This document shows positions 53,825 through 64,000 of a stretch of 64,000 nt of DNA, one piece after another. The stretch covers positions 1,632,001 through 1,696,000 of the forward strand of contig CBDFLE010000006.1 of the NCBI GenBank assembly GCA_965248925.1, read 5' to 3'. Positions within the stretch are counted from its first letter, which is position 1. Each line of letters begins with the position of its first letter. Source of the DNA: Candidatus Multivoradales bacterium. GTDB lineage: Bacteria > Acidobacteriota > Thermoanaerobaculia > Multivoradales > J023. A program made the position numbers and the translations under genes. The notes under the pieces are model-generated. The model was given only the letters and a program-made list of their open reading frames with translations. It was not told the origin of the DNA and made no database searches.

Positions 53825-55006
53825 TCAGGCTTCAGCGGCGGCCTGCTCGCGACCGCGGCGATAGAAGGTCAGGATCTGATCCTCGAATTCGACTTCAACC
53901 ACATCGCCAGTACCGATCTCGCCGGCGGCGAGGAGCCGCGACAAAGGCGCCACCAACTCACGCTCGACGGTGCGGCGCAGCGGTCGGGCGCCGTACCGCG
54001 GATCGGTACCGCGTTCCAGGATCCAACCTTCGGCGGCCGAGCTGATGTCGAGCAGCAAAGGGGTGTCGGCGGCAAGAGCGCGACCGTGGATGTCGCCAAC
54101 GAACTTGGCGAAGATCCCAGCCAGGGCCTCCTCGCTGAGTGTCGAGTAGACCAGCACCTCGTCGAAGCGGTTGAGGAACTCCTGCGGGAAGTTCTTGCGC
54201 GCCGCTGCCAGGGCAGTCTCGTGGAGGGCTTCGGGATCGCTCACTCCGAGCGGTACGTCGACGGCAAAACCCATGTGCTGGGGATCGAGCAAGGAACCCA
54301 TCTCGGCACTGCCAACATTCGATGTCATCAGGATCACCGTGTTGCGGAAATCGGTGGTGGAATTATCACCCAGGGTCAGCTGGCCCTCTTCGAGCACGCC
54401 GAGCAGCGCGTTCCACACCCGCGGGTGGGCTTTTTCGATCTCATCGAAAAGCACCACCGAGATCCGCCGCTCCGGGTCGCCGGCGCAGAGCTTGGCCAGC
54501 AGGGCGGCGGCAGGGGCCTGGTTGCCACTCTCCAGCAAGCGCTCGTGACCGCTGTCCAAATTCGCTTGCGAGAATAGCGGCTCGACCTGGTGGCCGACGT
54601 AGCCCGGCGGCGAACCGAGCAACTTGGCAACTTCGTGACCGTGGCCATACTCCTCACAGTTGATCCGCACCATGGCTTCGTCGTTGCCCAGCAACGCTTC
54701 GCCAATCGCCCGCACGGTCTCGGTCTTGCCCACTCCAGTGGGGCCTAGCAAGAGACCGGTCAAGAGTGGCCGCTGCGGGTCATGCAAGCCCGAAAGCAAA
54801 CGGGTGAAAGCGTCGACCAAAGGCGCCAGGGCTTGACTCTGGCCCATCACTCGGCGCTCAAGATTGTCGATAAGGGAACGCAAATCGACCACCTCGGGGG
54901 TGGTCTCCATACGCTGCCGCTGGGTCGCAGTGGAGGTCTTGAGGGGGGCGGGCTGCCGAGCAGGAGCAGCCGTGACTTCGGGGTGGACCGTCTCTGTTGC
55001 GGTCAT
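53825..55006 (-). CDS. Single-domain ClpA/B D2-type AAA+ ATPase
   Basis: RVMGQ, GPTGVGKTE, LLGSPPGYVG, VVLFDEIEKAHP, EFLNRFDE, YGARPLRR. Confidence 0.9.
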   Translation of the reverse strand: MTATETVHPEVTAAPARQPAPLKTSTATQRQRMETTPEVVDLRSLIDNLERRVMGQSQALAPLVDAFTRLLSGLHDPQRPLLTGLLLGPTGVGKTETVRAIGEALLGNDEAMVRINCEEYGHGHEVAKLLGSPPGYVGHQVEPLFSQANLDSGHERLLESGNQAPAAALLAKLCAGDPERRISVVLFDEIEKAHPRVWNALLGVLEEGQLTLGDNSTTDFRNTVILMTSNVGSAEMGSLLDPQHMGFAVDVPLGVSDPEALHETALAAARKNFPQEFLNRFDEVLVYSTLSEEALAGIFAKFVGDIHGRALAADTPLLLDISSAAEGWILERGTDPRYGARPLRRTVERELVAPLSRLLAAGEIGTGDVVEVEFEDQILTFYRRGREQAAAEA

Positions 55007-55155
55007 GACTGAGGCCTCCTTTCCGTTTCCTAGGGAGGAAACAGTATCCATCCTCAACTCACCGTCAGTCTTCTCCGAGCAAGGTATCCAGCCTTGCCCT
55101 TATCCCCTTCTTACGAGTGCCGGGAGTAAAAGTACTCAACCGACACCAACCAAGT

Positions 55156-55473
55156 TCACCCCGCACCGGCTTCATCGCCAGGCCCCCCTGAGCATCGCCT
55201 GCCGCGTCCAGCTGGCCGGCAAAAGCGCTGTCGCGGTGCGGGTTGCGCTCGATCGCCGCTTCGAGACGCTGCACGGCGCGGAGCAGCAACCGGCGACCCT
55301 CGACCGACGGCGCCCCGGGCCTCATCTTCGAAACCCACCTCCGGCCGCAGGGCCTTGATCGCCACCGGGCGCCGCAAATGCTGGTCGAAACCACGGTAAA
55401 CGGTGCCCATGCCACCTTCGCCTAGAAGGGTCTCGATTCGCAGATGAGCAATCTGCCTGCCAGCCAGGGTCAC
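55156..55473 (-). pseudogene. Truncated Ser/Thr protein kinase remnant
   Basis: LLGEGGMGTVYRGFDQHLRRPVAIKAL, then similarity stops abruptly. Confidence 0.7.
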
Positions 55474-55665
55474 TACGGGCCAAACCTCGGCGCGAGCCTA
55501 GATTTTACCGCTGAATCGTAGCACTGCACCGCCCGCGATCCGCTCCTGCAACCCCGCCGCCGACACTTGATATCCTGTCCTCCGTTTCCCAGGCAACAAA
55601 TCCGACCGCTTTCCGCGCGGCTGGTGGCCTGCCACCCGCAACAAACTACCGTGAAGGATCTCCAG

Positions 55666-56199
55666 ATGACCTCAGACAACTCCGCCGGGCGCCGGTGGGC
55701 ACTGGTCGCCGGCATCGTCGTCATCACCCTGGCATTGTGGCTCTTGCTCGACTCGATGGGAGTGGCAGTGCCATCACTGGGCCGTTTCTGGCCTATCTTC
55801 CCGCTGCTCGGCGGCCTGGCCTCGATCGCCGACTTCTTCGTTGGCAGTCGCCGACCCAGCTCCCTAGGCCGCGGTATTGTCGCCGCCGGCCTAGCTCTGC
55901 TGATGTTCGCCTTCGTCTACCAGGTGCTCGACTGGCGCCGGGTCGGGCAGTGGTGGTCGGCGGTGCCACTGATCGCTGGTATCGCTTTCTTCAGCAGTTG
56001 GCTGGTGGGCGGGCGCAAGAAGCCCCCCTTGCTGGTGCTCGGCGCCAGCGGCATGGGCCTTGGCCTGACCGGCCTGGCACCCCATCTCGCCTGGCTCGAG
56101 CGCCTGCTGCCGCCGGTGGCAGTGTTCTGGGGTATCTTGCTGCTGATGGTGGGAATCTACCTACTCTGGCGCGCGTTTGCTAAGCGCGACGCCAACTGA
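55666..56199 (+). CDS. Multi-pass membrane protein (LiaF/DUF5668-like repeats)
   Basis: Repeated FWPIFPLLGG / WWSAVPLIAG / FWGILLLMVG helices. Confidence 0.65.
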   Translation: MTSDNSAGRRWALVAGIVVITLALWLLLDSMGVAVPSLGRFWPIFPLLGGLASIADFFVGSRRPSSLGRGIVAAGLALLMFAFVYQVLDWRRVGQWWSAVPLIAGIAFFSSWLVGGRKKPPLLVLGASGMGLGLTGLAPHLAWLERLLPPVAVFWGILLLMVGIYLLWRAFAKRDAN

Positions 56200-56277
56200 G
56201 CCCACGGCCTGGCCAGCCAATCTGGCTCAACCAAGCCCCTTGAAGAGCAGCGGCACAAGGGGCAGAATCGACTTCTA

Positions 56278-58488
56278 GTGATCGTCTCCGAGCGGTACCC
56301 CCCAGTGATCCGAAAGCCAAGCAACCGCCGAACCTCCGCTGCTCGCCGACTCACCGCTGCCCGGCTAGCGGTCCTGCTCGCCGCCGCCACGGTGGCCCTA
56401 TTTCTAGCCCAGGTGCCCTGGCGCGCACCGCTGACGCTAGTGTGGGCTGACGAAGGCACTTATTTGGCGATGGCCGAGAGCTTGAGCCAGGATTTCGATC
56501 TCTGGTTCAACGAGGACGACGCAGCTCGCTTGCAAGATGCCGAAAGCGGCCGCTCAACGGTGATCTTGCAACGCACGCCTGCCGGCATCTCGTACTCCAA
56601 ACCGGTCCTGTTCGCGCTGCTGGCGGCACCGTTCTTCGCCCTCGCCGACGCCTGGGGGCTGGTGCTGCTCAATGCGCTGGCACTGGCACTCGCCGTCGCC
56701 CTGGCAGCGGCCTATCTACGGCGGGTGGCCCCTGGCGGGCAGGCGGCGTTGATCCTGGTGACCTTCCTCGGCGCCTCGGTGTTGCTGCCCTACGTCTTCT
56801 GGCGGATGAGCGACATCTTGCAGGCGAGCCTGTCGCTGGCCGGGCTGGTGCTGGTATTCGCCAGCGGGCGAGGCCGCACTCCAGAATTTGCTAACCACCT
56901 CGACCGGTGGCTAGTTTGGCGCGGCGCTCCTTGGCTGGGGGCGGCACTGCTGGGACTGGTCGCTAGCCAGCGGCTGTCGAATGTGCTGCTGGCGATGCTA
57001 CCGGCCGCCGCCGCCCTGCTCGAGCGGCGCTGGCGACGGGCCCTCGGCATGGGCATGGCGGCGCTGGCCCCCTTCTTTGTTGTCGCCGCCCTCGGCCAAG
57101 CGCTGACTGGCACCAGCAACCCCTACCGCGCCGAGCGCACCACCTTCAGCGCCCGCAGCGGCTACCCCTCCGGAGCCGGCGCCAGCGAGGTGGGAAAGCA
57201 GTTCGTCGAGCGCGCCGCCACCCATCGCACCGGGCTCAAACCGCAGCTCGGCGGCCGGCGCACGGCGTTGGCGACGCTCTACTTCTTTGTCGGTCGCCAT
57301 ACCGGGCTGCTGTTCTATTTTCCCGCTGCCCTGGCCCTCGGCTTGGCGGCCTTGCGCGGTACCGATCGCAACGGCCTCTTGCTACTAGCGGGCTTCGCCG
57401 GCAGCACCGCTTTCTATTTGATCTGGATGCCATGGAACTATTTCGGCGGCGAGACTTTCCTCGGCAACCGCTACCTGCTGGCCGCCTACCCGGCCTTGCT
57501 CCTGGCACCGAAGCGACTGCCCGGAGCGCGGTTGTTGGCAGCCAGCTGGCTGCTGGCGCTGCTCGCTCAGAGTTCGGCGCTGACCTCGGTGGTCAGGTAC
57601 CACGAGTTCGACCGTTCGAGCCAAAGCCACGCTCGCAGCGGTGTTTTCCGCCTGCTGCCCTACGAGTCCACCGCGCAAGGACTGTCAGGGCGGCGTGACA
57701 AGTATTGGTCGCAACACTTCGTGCGTTTCGTCGACCCCTTCAGCACGGTGAAGAAAAACCACTTCGAACTCCGGGCCGGCGACCCACCCGCCGAGCTGAT
57801 GACCGCGGATTGGCGTCCACCGGGGAAGATCCGCCTGCTGGTGACCACCGACGCACCCCGGGCAACACTGCGCTTTACCGACTATGGCGGCGGGCAGCTT
57901 TTCGCCCTGGGTATCGCCCGCGGCCCGCGCAGCGTGCGCGTGGACCTCGAGCCCTCGACCTCCTGGCGCCAACATCAGTTCTGGTGGATTGCCGACGTCG
58001 CCTACCACATTCGCAGCTTTCGCTTGCAGCTCTTCACTCCCAACGGCGAGCCGGCCAGCGCCCGCCTACGCTATCTCGGTGACCCGGTCGCCAATGAGGG
58101 TAGCTTCGGCTACCGCCGTCTAGACTTTCGTCTTCATGGAGCCGCCAGAGCGGGTGCAACTTCCACTTTGGAGATCCAGCTGCTCAACACTAGCGAAATG
58201 ATCTGGCAAGCTGGAAATGTGATGCCGGTGCGACTGCGGCTGAGCTTTTTCACCCAGCGCAAAGGGGGTGCCCCAGTTTTCACCAGCGAACCCTTCAAGC
58301 TGCCAAATGACATCTACCCAGGCAAAGAGTTGCGCTTGGAAGTTCCCCTCACCTGGCCCGAGGTGGCCGGCCAATATCGACTCGAGGGCGACCTCGAACT
58401 CTACCGTGTCGGCACCTTTGCCAGCCGCCTGGGACGCCCTCTGGTGAGCCGTTGGCTGACCGTCGAGCCAGCGATAGACGAGCCGTGA
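56278..58488 (+). CDS. Polytopic membrane protein (GT-C glycosyltransferase-like) with a C-terminal Ig-like domain
   Basis: WADEGTYLAMAESL first-loop DE motif, many TM helices, GNRYLL. Confidence 0.65.
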   Translation: MIVSERYPPVIRKPSNRRTSAARRLTAARLAVLLAAATVALFLAQVPWRAPLTLVWADEGTYLAMAESLSQDFDLWFNEDDAARLQDAESGRSTVILQRTPAGISYSKPVLFALLAAPFFALADAWGLVLLNALALALAVALAAAYLRRVAPGGQAALILVTFLGASVLLPYVFWRMSDILQASLSLAGLVLVFASGRGRTPEFANHLDRWLVWRGAPWLGAALLGLVASQRLSNVLLAMLPAAAALLERRWRRALGMGMAALAPFFVVAALGQALTGTSNPYRAERTTFSARSGYPSGAGASEVGKQFVERAATHRTGLKPQLGGRRTALATLYFFVGRHTGLLFYFPAALALGLAALRGTDRNGLLLLAGFAGSTAFYLIWMPWNYFGGETFLGNRYLLAAYPALLLAPKRLPGARLLAASWLLALLAQSSALTSVVRYHEFDRSSQSHARSGVFRLLPYESTAQGLSGRRDKYWSQHFVRFVDPFSTVKKNHFELRAGDPPAELMTADWRPPGKIRLLVTTDAPRATLRFTDYGGGQLFALGIARGPRSVRVDLEPSTSWRQHQFWWIADVAYHIRSFRLQLFTPNGEPASARLRYLGDPVANEGSFGYRRLDFRLHGAARAGATSTLEIQLLNTSEMIWQAGNVMPVRLRLSFFTQRKGGAPVFTSEPFKLPNDIYPGKELRLEVPLTWPEVAGQYRLEGDLELYRVGTFASRLGRPLVSRWLTVEPAIDEP

Positions 58489-58566
58489 TGTTCACCGTCG
58501 ATCTGCCACCTAACCAGGTGCCAGCCGTTTCGCCGTAGCGACGACCAGACGGGGTGGCCCAATTCG

Positions 58567-59067
58567 TCAGGTGTGCTTCTTGAGCGTCGGACAGACCCGA
58601 TGGCTGGGGTCCCACCAAAGGACGCGGAAAGTACCTCTGTCGAGAATGCCAAAGACTCGGGTCCGAGCGTTGACCCGGAGGGATAGCAGCTCTTCCGCCT
58701 CATCTTGGCCGATCACAGCAAGCCGGTCTTTAGCGAGCTTCGAGAAGCTACCGGTCTCGATTGCGTGGTTGTGACTCTTGCCCTGGATGAGGATCTCAGA
58801 CCACTTCATGGTCTCCCACCGACGAACGCGCTCAAGCTACTCTTCGAATTCTCCTGGCTTCAGCTGCTTCCAGCCAAATGGTCCGCTTGTATCCAAGAGA
58901 GCGAAGCTCCAAACTGGCGAAGATCGCAAATAGTCCTCGCCGGCCACTGATCTGGGGTTCTTGCCCGGACGCAAAACGCCACCGGCTTCCCTGGGGATTT
59001 TGCCGGTGGCGAAGGGCATCCGCTTGACAGCTGGGCGCTTCGACTTTCGCCTCTTATTCCGTGCCAC
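58567..59067 (-). pseudogene. Putative toxin downstream of a Panacea antitoxin, split by an in-frame TAG (58837-58839)
   Basis: Track ORFs 58837-59067 and 58567-58809 are in frame: EFEE*LERVRRWETMKWSEI...LLSLRVNARTRVFGI...VLWWDPSH. Confidence 0.72.
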
Positions 59068-59494
59068 TCAGCCCGCCGTAGTACTCGGCCAGTGCCGCGG
59101 GGGAGATCAGGCTGTTACCGCGGGTACTTGCCGGCAGACCGGCGCGGGCGTCCTGCCAAGGCGACTCGCTGTGGGTGAGATCGCTCAACCACTGAGAATT
59201 CCGGTCTCCGTAGTACTTCAGAACGGCATCCACGGTCTCACGCTCGAGCTGCGATAGCTTGCTCGTCTGGCCCCCATGCCACGAGTCCACCTTGAACCGC
59301 CCCCGGTGGCGGTCGTAGAGTTCGGGAATCACCGGGCCGTTGGCCCAAGCTTCAATGGGCTCTTCGAACAATGGCCTTTCATCCCAGACCAGGGACCACG
59401 CCTGGCTGTAGTAGACGAGCTTCTGAAGCTTCATCGTCGTCATCGCCCCAGCCTGCTCCAATATATAAGCCGCTACGTCATGAGCGTTCGCCAT
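59054..59494 (-). CDS. Panacea (DUF4065/SocA-like) antitoxin
   Basis: MKLQKLVYYSQAW, IEAWANGPV, LSDLTHSESPW. Confidence 0.92.
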   Translation of the reverse strand: MANAHDVAAYILEQAGAMTTMKLQKLVYYSQAWSLVWDERPLFEEPIEAWANGPVIPELYDRHRGRFKVDSWHGGQTSKLSQLERETVDAVLKYYGDRNSQWLSDLTHSESPWQDARAGLPASTRGNSLISPAALAEYYGGLSGTE

Positions 59495-59688
59495 TTCAGC
59501 CTCCGCTTTCGACCCTAGTTGCAGTCAAGAATCCTTCGCCTCGCTTGGCTGGGCACCTCTCCTGGCCCCATCCAACACCGCCAGCCGTGACCCGGATCGA
59601 CCAGCTCTTGCACCCTAGCCCTACTTATTCTACGCCCAATCGGGAGCCCCGGCAAAGAACCCAATCTCCGCCTGCTACCATCGCGCCA

Positions 59689-60423
59689 ATGGCCGAGAAA
59701 GAACTGCCCTTGCTCTGCGCCGACCCGGACGATATCGCCAGCCGGGTGCTGGTGGTGGGTGATCCCGACCGCGCCGCCGATGCCGCCCGCTTGTTGCAGC
59801 AGCCGCGCCGGGTGGGGGCCAACCGCGAGTACCTGACATTCACCGGCGAATTCGCCGGCCGGCGGGTGAGCATCGCCTCCCACGGCGTCGGCGCGGCCGG
59901 TGCTGGACTATGTTTCGAGGAGCTGGCACGGGCCGGCGCCACCACCTTGATCCGCGCCGGCACCTGCGGCGCCATCGACGACCGCCTCCAGGACGGCGCC
60001 CTGGTGATCGCCACCGGCGCGGTGCGCGAGGAAGGTCTGACTCCCAAGCTGATCCCCTTGAGCTATCCAGCGATCGCCCACCACGAGCTGATCGCCGCGC
60101 TGCAACAAGCCGCCGAGCGGGCGGCGGTCGAGGTCAGCTGTGGGCTGGTGCTGACTGAAGATCGCTTCTACCCCTCAGCCGCCCTCGGCCAGGATTGGCG
60201 GGTGTGGAAGGCAAGCCAGCTACAGGTGGTCGAGATGGAGACTTCGGCCCTCTTTATCATTGCCCAACTGCACGGCCTGCGGGCTGGCGCCATCTTCACC
60301 GTCGACGGGAATCCGACCCGCGCCGCCGAAGACATGAGCGAGTACGACCCCCACCGCCGGGTGGTCAAAGACGGCAAGCAGCAGATGTTAATCCTGGCCC
60401 TCGACGCCCTGACCCGTGCCTGA
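59689..60423 (+). CDS. Nucleoside (uridine/purine) phosphorylase
   Basis: VVGDPDRA, NREY, SHGVGAAGA, IRAGTCGA, VEMETS. Confidence 0.9.
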   Translation: MAEKELPLLCADPDDIASRVLVVGDPDRAADAARLLQQPRRVGANREYLTFTGEFAGRRVSIASHGVGAAGAGLCFEELARAGATTLIRAGTCGAIDDRLQDGALVIATGAVREEGLTPKLIPLSYPAIAHHELIAALQQAAERAAVEVSCGLVLTEDRFYPSAALGQDWRVWKASQLQVVEMETSALFIIAQLHGLRAGAIFTVDGNPTRAAEDMSEYDPHRRVVKDGKQQMLILALDALTRA

Positions 60424-61774
60424 AAGCAGGCCGCCCAAGATGCAGCCGATCGACACCTTGATCCACGGCGGCCCAGTGCTGAGCATGGATAGCGCCGGCA
60501 GCCAATATCCAGCCGGTGCCATCGCCATCCGCCAAGGCGAAATCATCGCCATCGGCAGCGCCGCCGAGCTGCTGCCGCGCTGGCGCGACCAAGCCTTCGA
60601 GGTTATCAACGCTAGCAGCAAGCTGACCATGCCTGGGCTGATCAACGCCCACACCCACCTGGCAGACGTACTTTTTCGCGGTCTCTATGACGACCTGGCG
60701 TTGGAACCCTGGCTTGAGCGCCTATGGGCTTCAGAGCGAGCCTTCGTGCGTCCCGACACGGTGCGTCTGGGCACTCGGCTAGCGTTGGCGGAGATGATTC
60801 GCAGCGGTACGACCACCGCCCTCGACATGTTCTTCTACCCCGAGGTCTCGACCACTATTGCCGCCGAAGCGGGCTTCCGCCTGCTCGCCGGCCAGCCCCT
60901 GTTCAGCGGCGCGGCCGCCGACAACCTGAGCTGGGAAGAGCGCATCGAGCGCAGCCGACAGCTCTTTGCTTGCTGGCATGGCCACCCCTTGATCGTCCCT
61001 TGGGTGATGCCGCACGCCACTTACACCGTCACCCCCGAGCACCTGGCGCAGGTCCGCGATCTGGTGCAGGAACTCGACGCCCCCTTCACCACCCATCTGT
61101 CGGAAACCGCTTTCGAGGTGTCGAGCGTCCGTACCAGCTGCGGCCACCGGCCACCGGCCCATCTCGAACAGCTCGGCCTGTTGGCGGGGCGCACCGTGCT
61201 GGCCCATCTGATCCACCTCGACGACGGCGAGATCGATCTGTTAGCCCGCAACCGCGCCGCCATCGCCCACTGTCCGATGTCGAATCTCAAGTTGGGTTCA
61301 GGCATCGCCCGCCTCAGCGACTTACAGGCCAGCGGCGTGGCGATCACCCTGGGCACCGACGGGCCGGTGTCCTCGAATGACCTCGACCTGTGGGCCACCC
61401 TGCGCTTGGCGGCGGTGCTGCACAAGGGCGCACGGCAAGATCCTTCCCTGTTCAACGCCCGTCAGGTGGTCGAATGGGTAACCCGCGAGGGCGCCGAGCA
61501 CCTCGGCATCGGTCAACTCTGCGGCAGTCTAGAGGTGGGCAAACGCGCCGATCTGATCCTCCTCGATCTCGACCGCCCGCACCTCACCCCGCGCTTCGAT
61601 CTCCACTCCCTGCTGGTCTACGCCGTCGGCCGCGACGACGTCAGCCACACCATGGTCGACGGCCGCTGGCTGCTGCGCGATCGCCAGCTGACCACCCTCG
61701 ACGAAGCCAGCGCCCGCGACGATGTCGCCACCCTGGCGGCCGACATCGCCGCCCACGCCGCCGCTCGCCGCTAA
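60416..61774 (+). CDS. Amidohydrolase, MTA/SAH deaminase-like
   Basis: PGLINAHTH, PHATYT, THLSET, HCPMSNLKL, LGTDG, GSLEVGKRADL. Confidence 0.88.
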   Translation: MPESRPPKMQPIDTLIHGGPVLSMDSAGSQYPAGAIAIRQGEIIAIGSAAELLPRWRDQAFEVINASSKLTMPGLINAHTHLADVLFRGLYDDLALEPWLERLWASERAFVRPDTVRLGTRLALAEMIRSGTTTALDMFFYPEVSTTIAAEAGFRLLAGQPLFSGAAADNLSWEERIERSRQLFACWHGHPLIVPWVMPHATYTVTPEHLAQVRDLVQELDAPFTTHLSETAFEVSSVRTSCGHRPPAHLEQLGLLAGRTVLAHLIHLDDGEIDLLARNRAAIAHCPMSNLKLGSGIARLSDLQASGVAITLGTDGPVSSNDLDLWATLRLAAVLHKGARQDPSLFNARQVVEWVTREGAEHLGIGQLCGSLEVGKRADLILLDLDRPHLTPRFDLHSLLVYAVGRDDVSHTMVDGRWLLRDRQLTTLDEASARDDVATLAADIAAHAAARR

Positions 61775-61789
61775 CCACCCGAGGCAGGC

Positions 61790-62857
61790 TCAGTCGCCGT
61801 CCCAATCCCAGAAGTAGTCTTTGTTGGTGAGTTCGACCGGGTCGGCGGAGGGGGCCGCGACGCTGGCGGTAGATCCCGCGTCGGCAGCGACGCTCTCGCC
61901 CCGCACCACAGCCAGCTGCTCTTCGAGGTCTTCGGTCTCCTGGCGCCAGTATTCATCGCTGCCGAAATGCGGCCAGGCGGTCTGGAAAGCGGGATCATGC
62001 CAGCGCCGGGCCAGCCAACCAGCGTAGCGCACCATGCGCAGGCCGCGCAGGGGCTCGATCAAGCGCAGAGTGCTGCGATCGAAACCGCGCAACTGCTCGT
62101 AGGCATCGAGAAAGAGTTCCCTCTGGCGCTCGGCCTCGACGTCGCGACCGGGCAGAGCCAGCCACATATCCTGCACCGGTGGACCCTCGACGAAGTCGTC
62201 AAAATCGAGCAGCCGCAGCACCCCGTCGCGCAACAGCACGTTGCCCAGGTGCAAATCGGCATGGATGCGCTGGATGGCGACTCCCGCGAGCAGCCGGTCG
62301 GCGTGCTCGGCAATCTCCACGGCAGCCTCGACATAACGACGCTCGAACGGTTCAGGCAAAGTGTCGTGGGCGGCGAAAAATTGCAGCACGCGGCGGATGT
62401 AGCGTTCCGCATCGAGCCGCGGCCTCAACTCAGCCGAACCGCGCGCACCGACGTTGTGCATTCGCGCCACCAGCATGCCCAGGCGGCGCACATCGGTATC
62501 GCTGAGCTCATCTGGAGCGCGACCACCGCGGCGTTCTGACAGGCTGTAGTAGATGTGGTCGATCTTCTTCAGCGTGCTGCCATCGGGAAAGGGCATCACT
62601 GTGCAAACTTCGATTTCTTCCGCCGCCAGCTCGCCCAGGAAAGCATGCTCGGCGAGGATTTGCTCTTCACTCCAGCGCTCTGGGCGGTAGAACTTGGCCA
62701 CCAACCGGCTGCGATCTTCGAGTTCGACTTCGTAGACTCGGTTCTCGAACGAATTCAGTGGATAGCAGACCGGCCGGCAAGCCAAGCCACCCGCCTCAAC
62801 GGCGGCCAGCACTTTCTCCGGGGTCAGCGACAAAAAAAGGTCAGTGGCGGCGTCCAT
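61790..62857 (-). CDS. srkA: Stress-response Ser/Thr kinase SrkA/RdoA family
   Basis: LNSFENRVY, KFYRPERWS, RIHADLHLGN, LDFDD, RRWHDPAF. Confidence 0.88.
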   Translation of the reverse strand: MDAATDLFLSLTPEKVLAAVEAGGLACRPVCYPLNSFENRVYEVELEDRSRLVAKFYRPERWSEEQILAEHAFLGELAAEEIEVCTVMPFPDGSTLKKIDHIYYSLSERRGGRAPDELSDTDVRRLGMLVARMHNVGARGSAELRPRLDAERYIRRVLQFFAAHDTLPEPFERRYVEAAVEIAEHADRLLAGVAIQRIHADLHLGNVLLRDGVLRLLDFDDFVEGPPVQDMWLALPGRDVEAERQRELFLDAYEQLRGFDRSTLRLIEPLRGLRMVRYAGWLARRWHDPAFQTAWPHFGSDEYWRQETEDLEEQLAVVRGESVAADAGSTASVAAPSADPVELTNKDYFWDWDGD

Positions 62858-63036
62858 CCATCCACTCTACCGCTGCCGATGGCAGCACATCCACCTCAGC
62901 CGCCGCGAATCTGGGCCGACTTCAGATTCACCACCAAGAAAGCAGCACACCGCAGAGACATCCGCCTAGCCGAATGCCTTCTCAGGCTGGCCGCGGATAG
63001 CTATCATGGGAGTTCTTCAGACGCTCGGCAGCACCA

Positions 63037-64000
63037 ATGAACAGTTTGCACTCACAGCGGTGGCCCGCGAGGCCACGGACTCACCATGCCTGCGCCAGGT
63101 TGGCGCGCGGGGTGCTAGGCGCAGCCCTGTTGGCCAGCGTCGCCGGCTGCGCCGCACCGGCCGATCCAGTGCTCCCCCTGCCGCCTGCCGATCACCGCTT
63201 GCGGCTCGATCAACTCGACGGCCGGTTGCTCACCGACCAGCCCCTCTTGGTGCTGCCCAACCGTGCCTGGCGCCGCCACGCCGACCGCGACATCTGGTTT
63301 ATGGCGCGGGCAGCGTCGATGCTCTGCCACCTAGACACACCGCTCGAACAACCTTTGAGCCTGGGCTTCTTGCTCGAAGAGGGAGCCGAGCGCCCCTGCT
63401 TAGAGGTGGCGTGGAATGGCCACGACGCCAGCGACCGCAGTAGCTGGGAAGAGCGCGAACTGCGGATCACCTTCGCGCCGGGTGAGCTGCGGCCCGGCAC
63501 CCACCTGGTGTCGCTACAACAATGCGGCGACCGACCCGCGCAGACGGCGGTGAGCTTCCAGCACATCGGCTACCGCCGCCCCGACTCGGTACATATCTTG
63601 CCGCCCGAGAAGTTCGAAGATTTTCTCTTCCTGGCCGACCTGCTGAGCTTCGGTGTCACTGGTTCTTTCGGTCGCGAGAAACTCGGCGGCATGGTCTTCC
63701 AGGGCCTGCACACGGTGGCCGTGGAGCTGCCCTCGGCTGGCGGCGGCAAGTTTTCCCTGCGCTTGCAGAATGCTTCCTTTGGCGCCGCCTCCTTCCGCGC
63801 CAGCGCTGGCGAGCAGCGAGCGGTGCTAGAGCTTGGCTCCCACCAGCGAGAGACCTTCGAAATCGAGGTGCCAGCCAATTCGGGAGAGCTCATCCTCAGT
63901 GTCGAAGGCGACCCCAATGGCTTCTTCCTCTGGGGTGCGCCAACCTTCGTCCCAGCCGGCGGCAGCGAGTTGCCGTCGCTGGTGCTGATCACCCTCGACA
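63037..64000 (+). CDS. Sulfatase-like lipoprotein, N-terminal part (runs off window)
   Basis: Open frame from ATG 63037 to the window end; lipobox-like LLASVAGC; ends at PSLVLITLD, the usual start of a sulfatase domain. Confidence 0.65.
   Translation, partial: MNSLHSQRWPARPRTHHACARLARGVLGAALLASVAGCAAPADPVLPLPPADHRLRLDQLDGRLLTDQPLLVLPNRAWRRHADRDIWFMARAASMLCHLDTPLEQPLSLGFLLEEGAERPCLEVAWNGHDASDRSSWEERELRITFAPGELRPGTHLVSLQQCGDRPAQTAVSFQHIGYRRPDSVHILPPEKFEDFLFLADLLSFGVTGSFGREKLGGMVFQGLHTVAVELPSAGGGKFSLRLQNASFGAASFRASAGEQRAVLELGSHQRETFEIEVPANSGELILSVEGDPNGFFLWGAPTFVPAGGSELPSLVLITLD

Overview
High-GC bacterial chromosome segment, probably Acidobacteriota (Thermoanaerobaculia-like). That assignment is inferred only from protein styles such as the C-terminal CLxxGRFxVEVxW...FWFF...NTELLVKVLDAC domain and the AraC-TPR protein. 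Left to right: (1) an ECF sigma/anti-sigma pair and secreted proteins; (2) a MerR-type metal operon containing an unannotated 33-aa Cys-rich peptide and a UGA-recoded UxxC selenoprotein with a SECIS-like hairpin; (3) a ~27-kb accessory block between two near-identical 29-bp REP-like repeats. The block holds a stand-alone Cas6-RT-Cas1 fusion (1-bp frameshift, no cas2 or effector genes nearby), a 26-repeat CRISPR array with strong 5'-TTY spacer bias cut by a dead ISL3, an RHS toxin/immunity pair, TA modules, and a complete two-target diversity-generating retroelement (TR, RT, HRDC accessory, two adenine-mutated VRs) inside a Trypco2-trypsin-MoxR-vWA operon; (4) housekeeping genes: sucA-sucB-lpdA, where SucA carries an inserted cyclic-nucleotide-binding domain, a metY-metX-aspartokinase operon behind an apparent Met/Cys leader-peptide attenuator, an sxtI/J/K-like carbamoyltransferase trio, nucleoside salvage genes, an SrkA-like kinase and a partial sulfatase. 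All calls come from motif reading; no database search was run.
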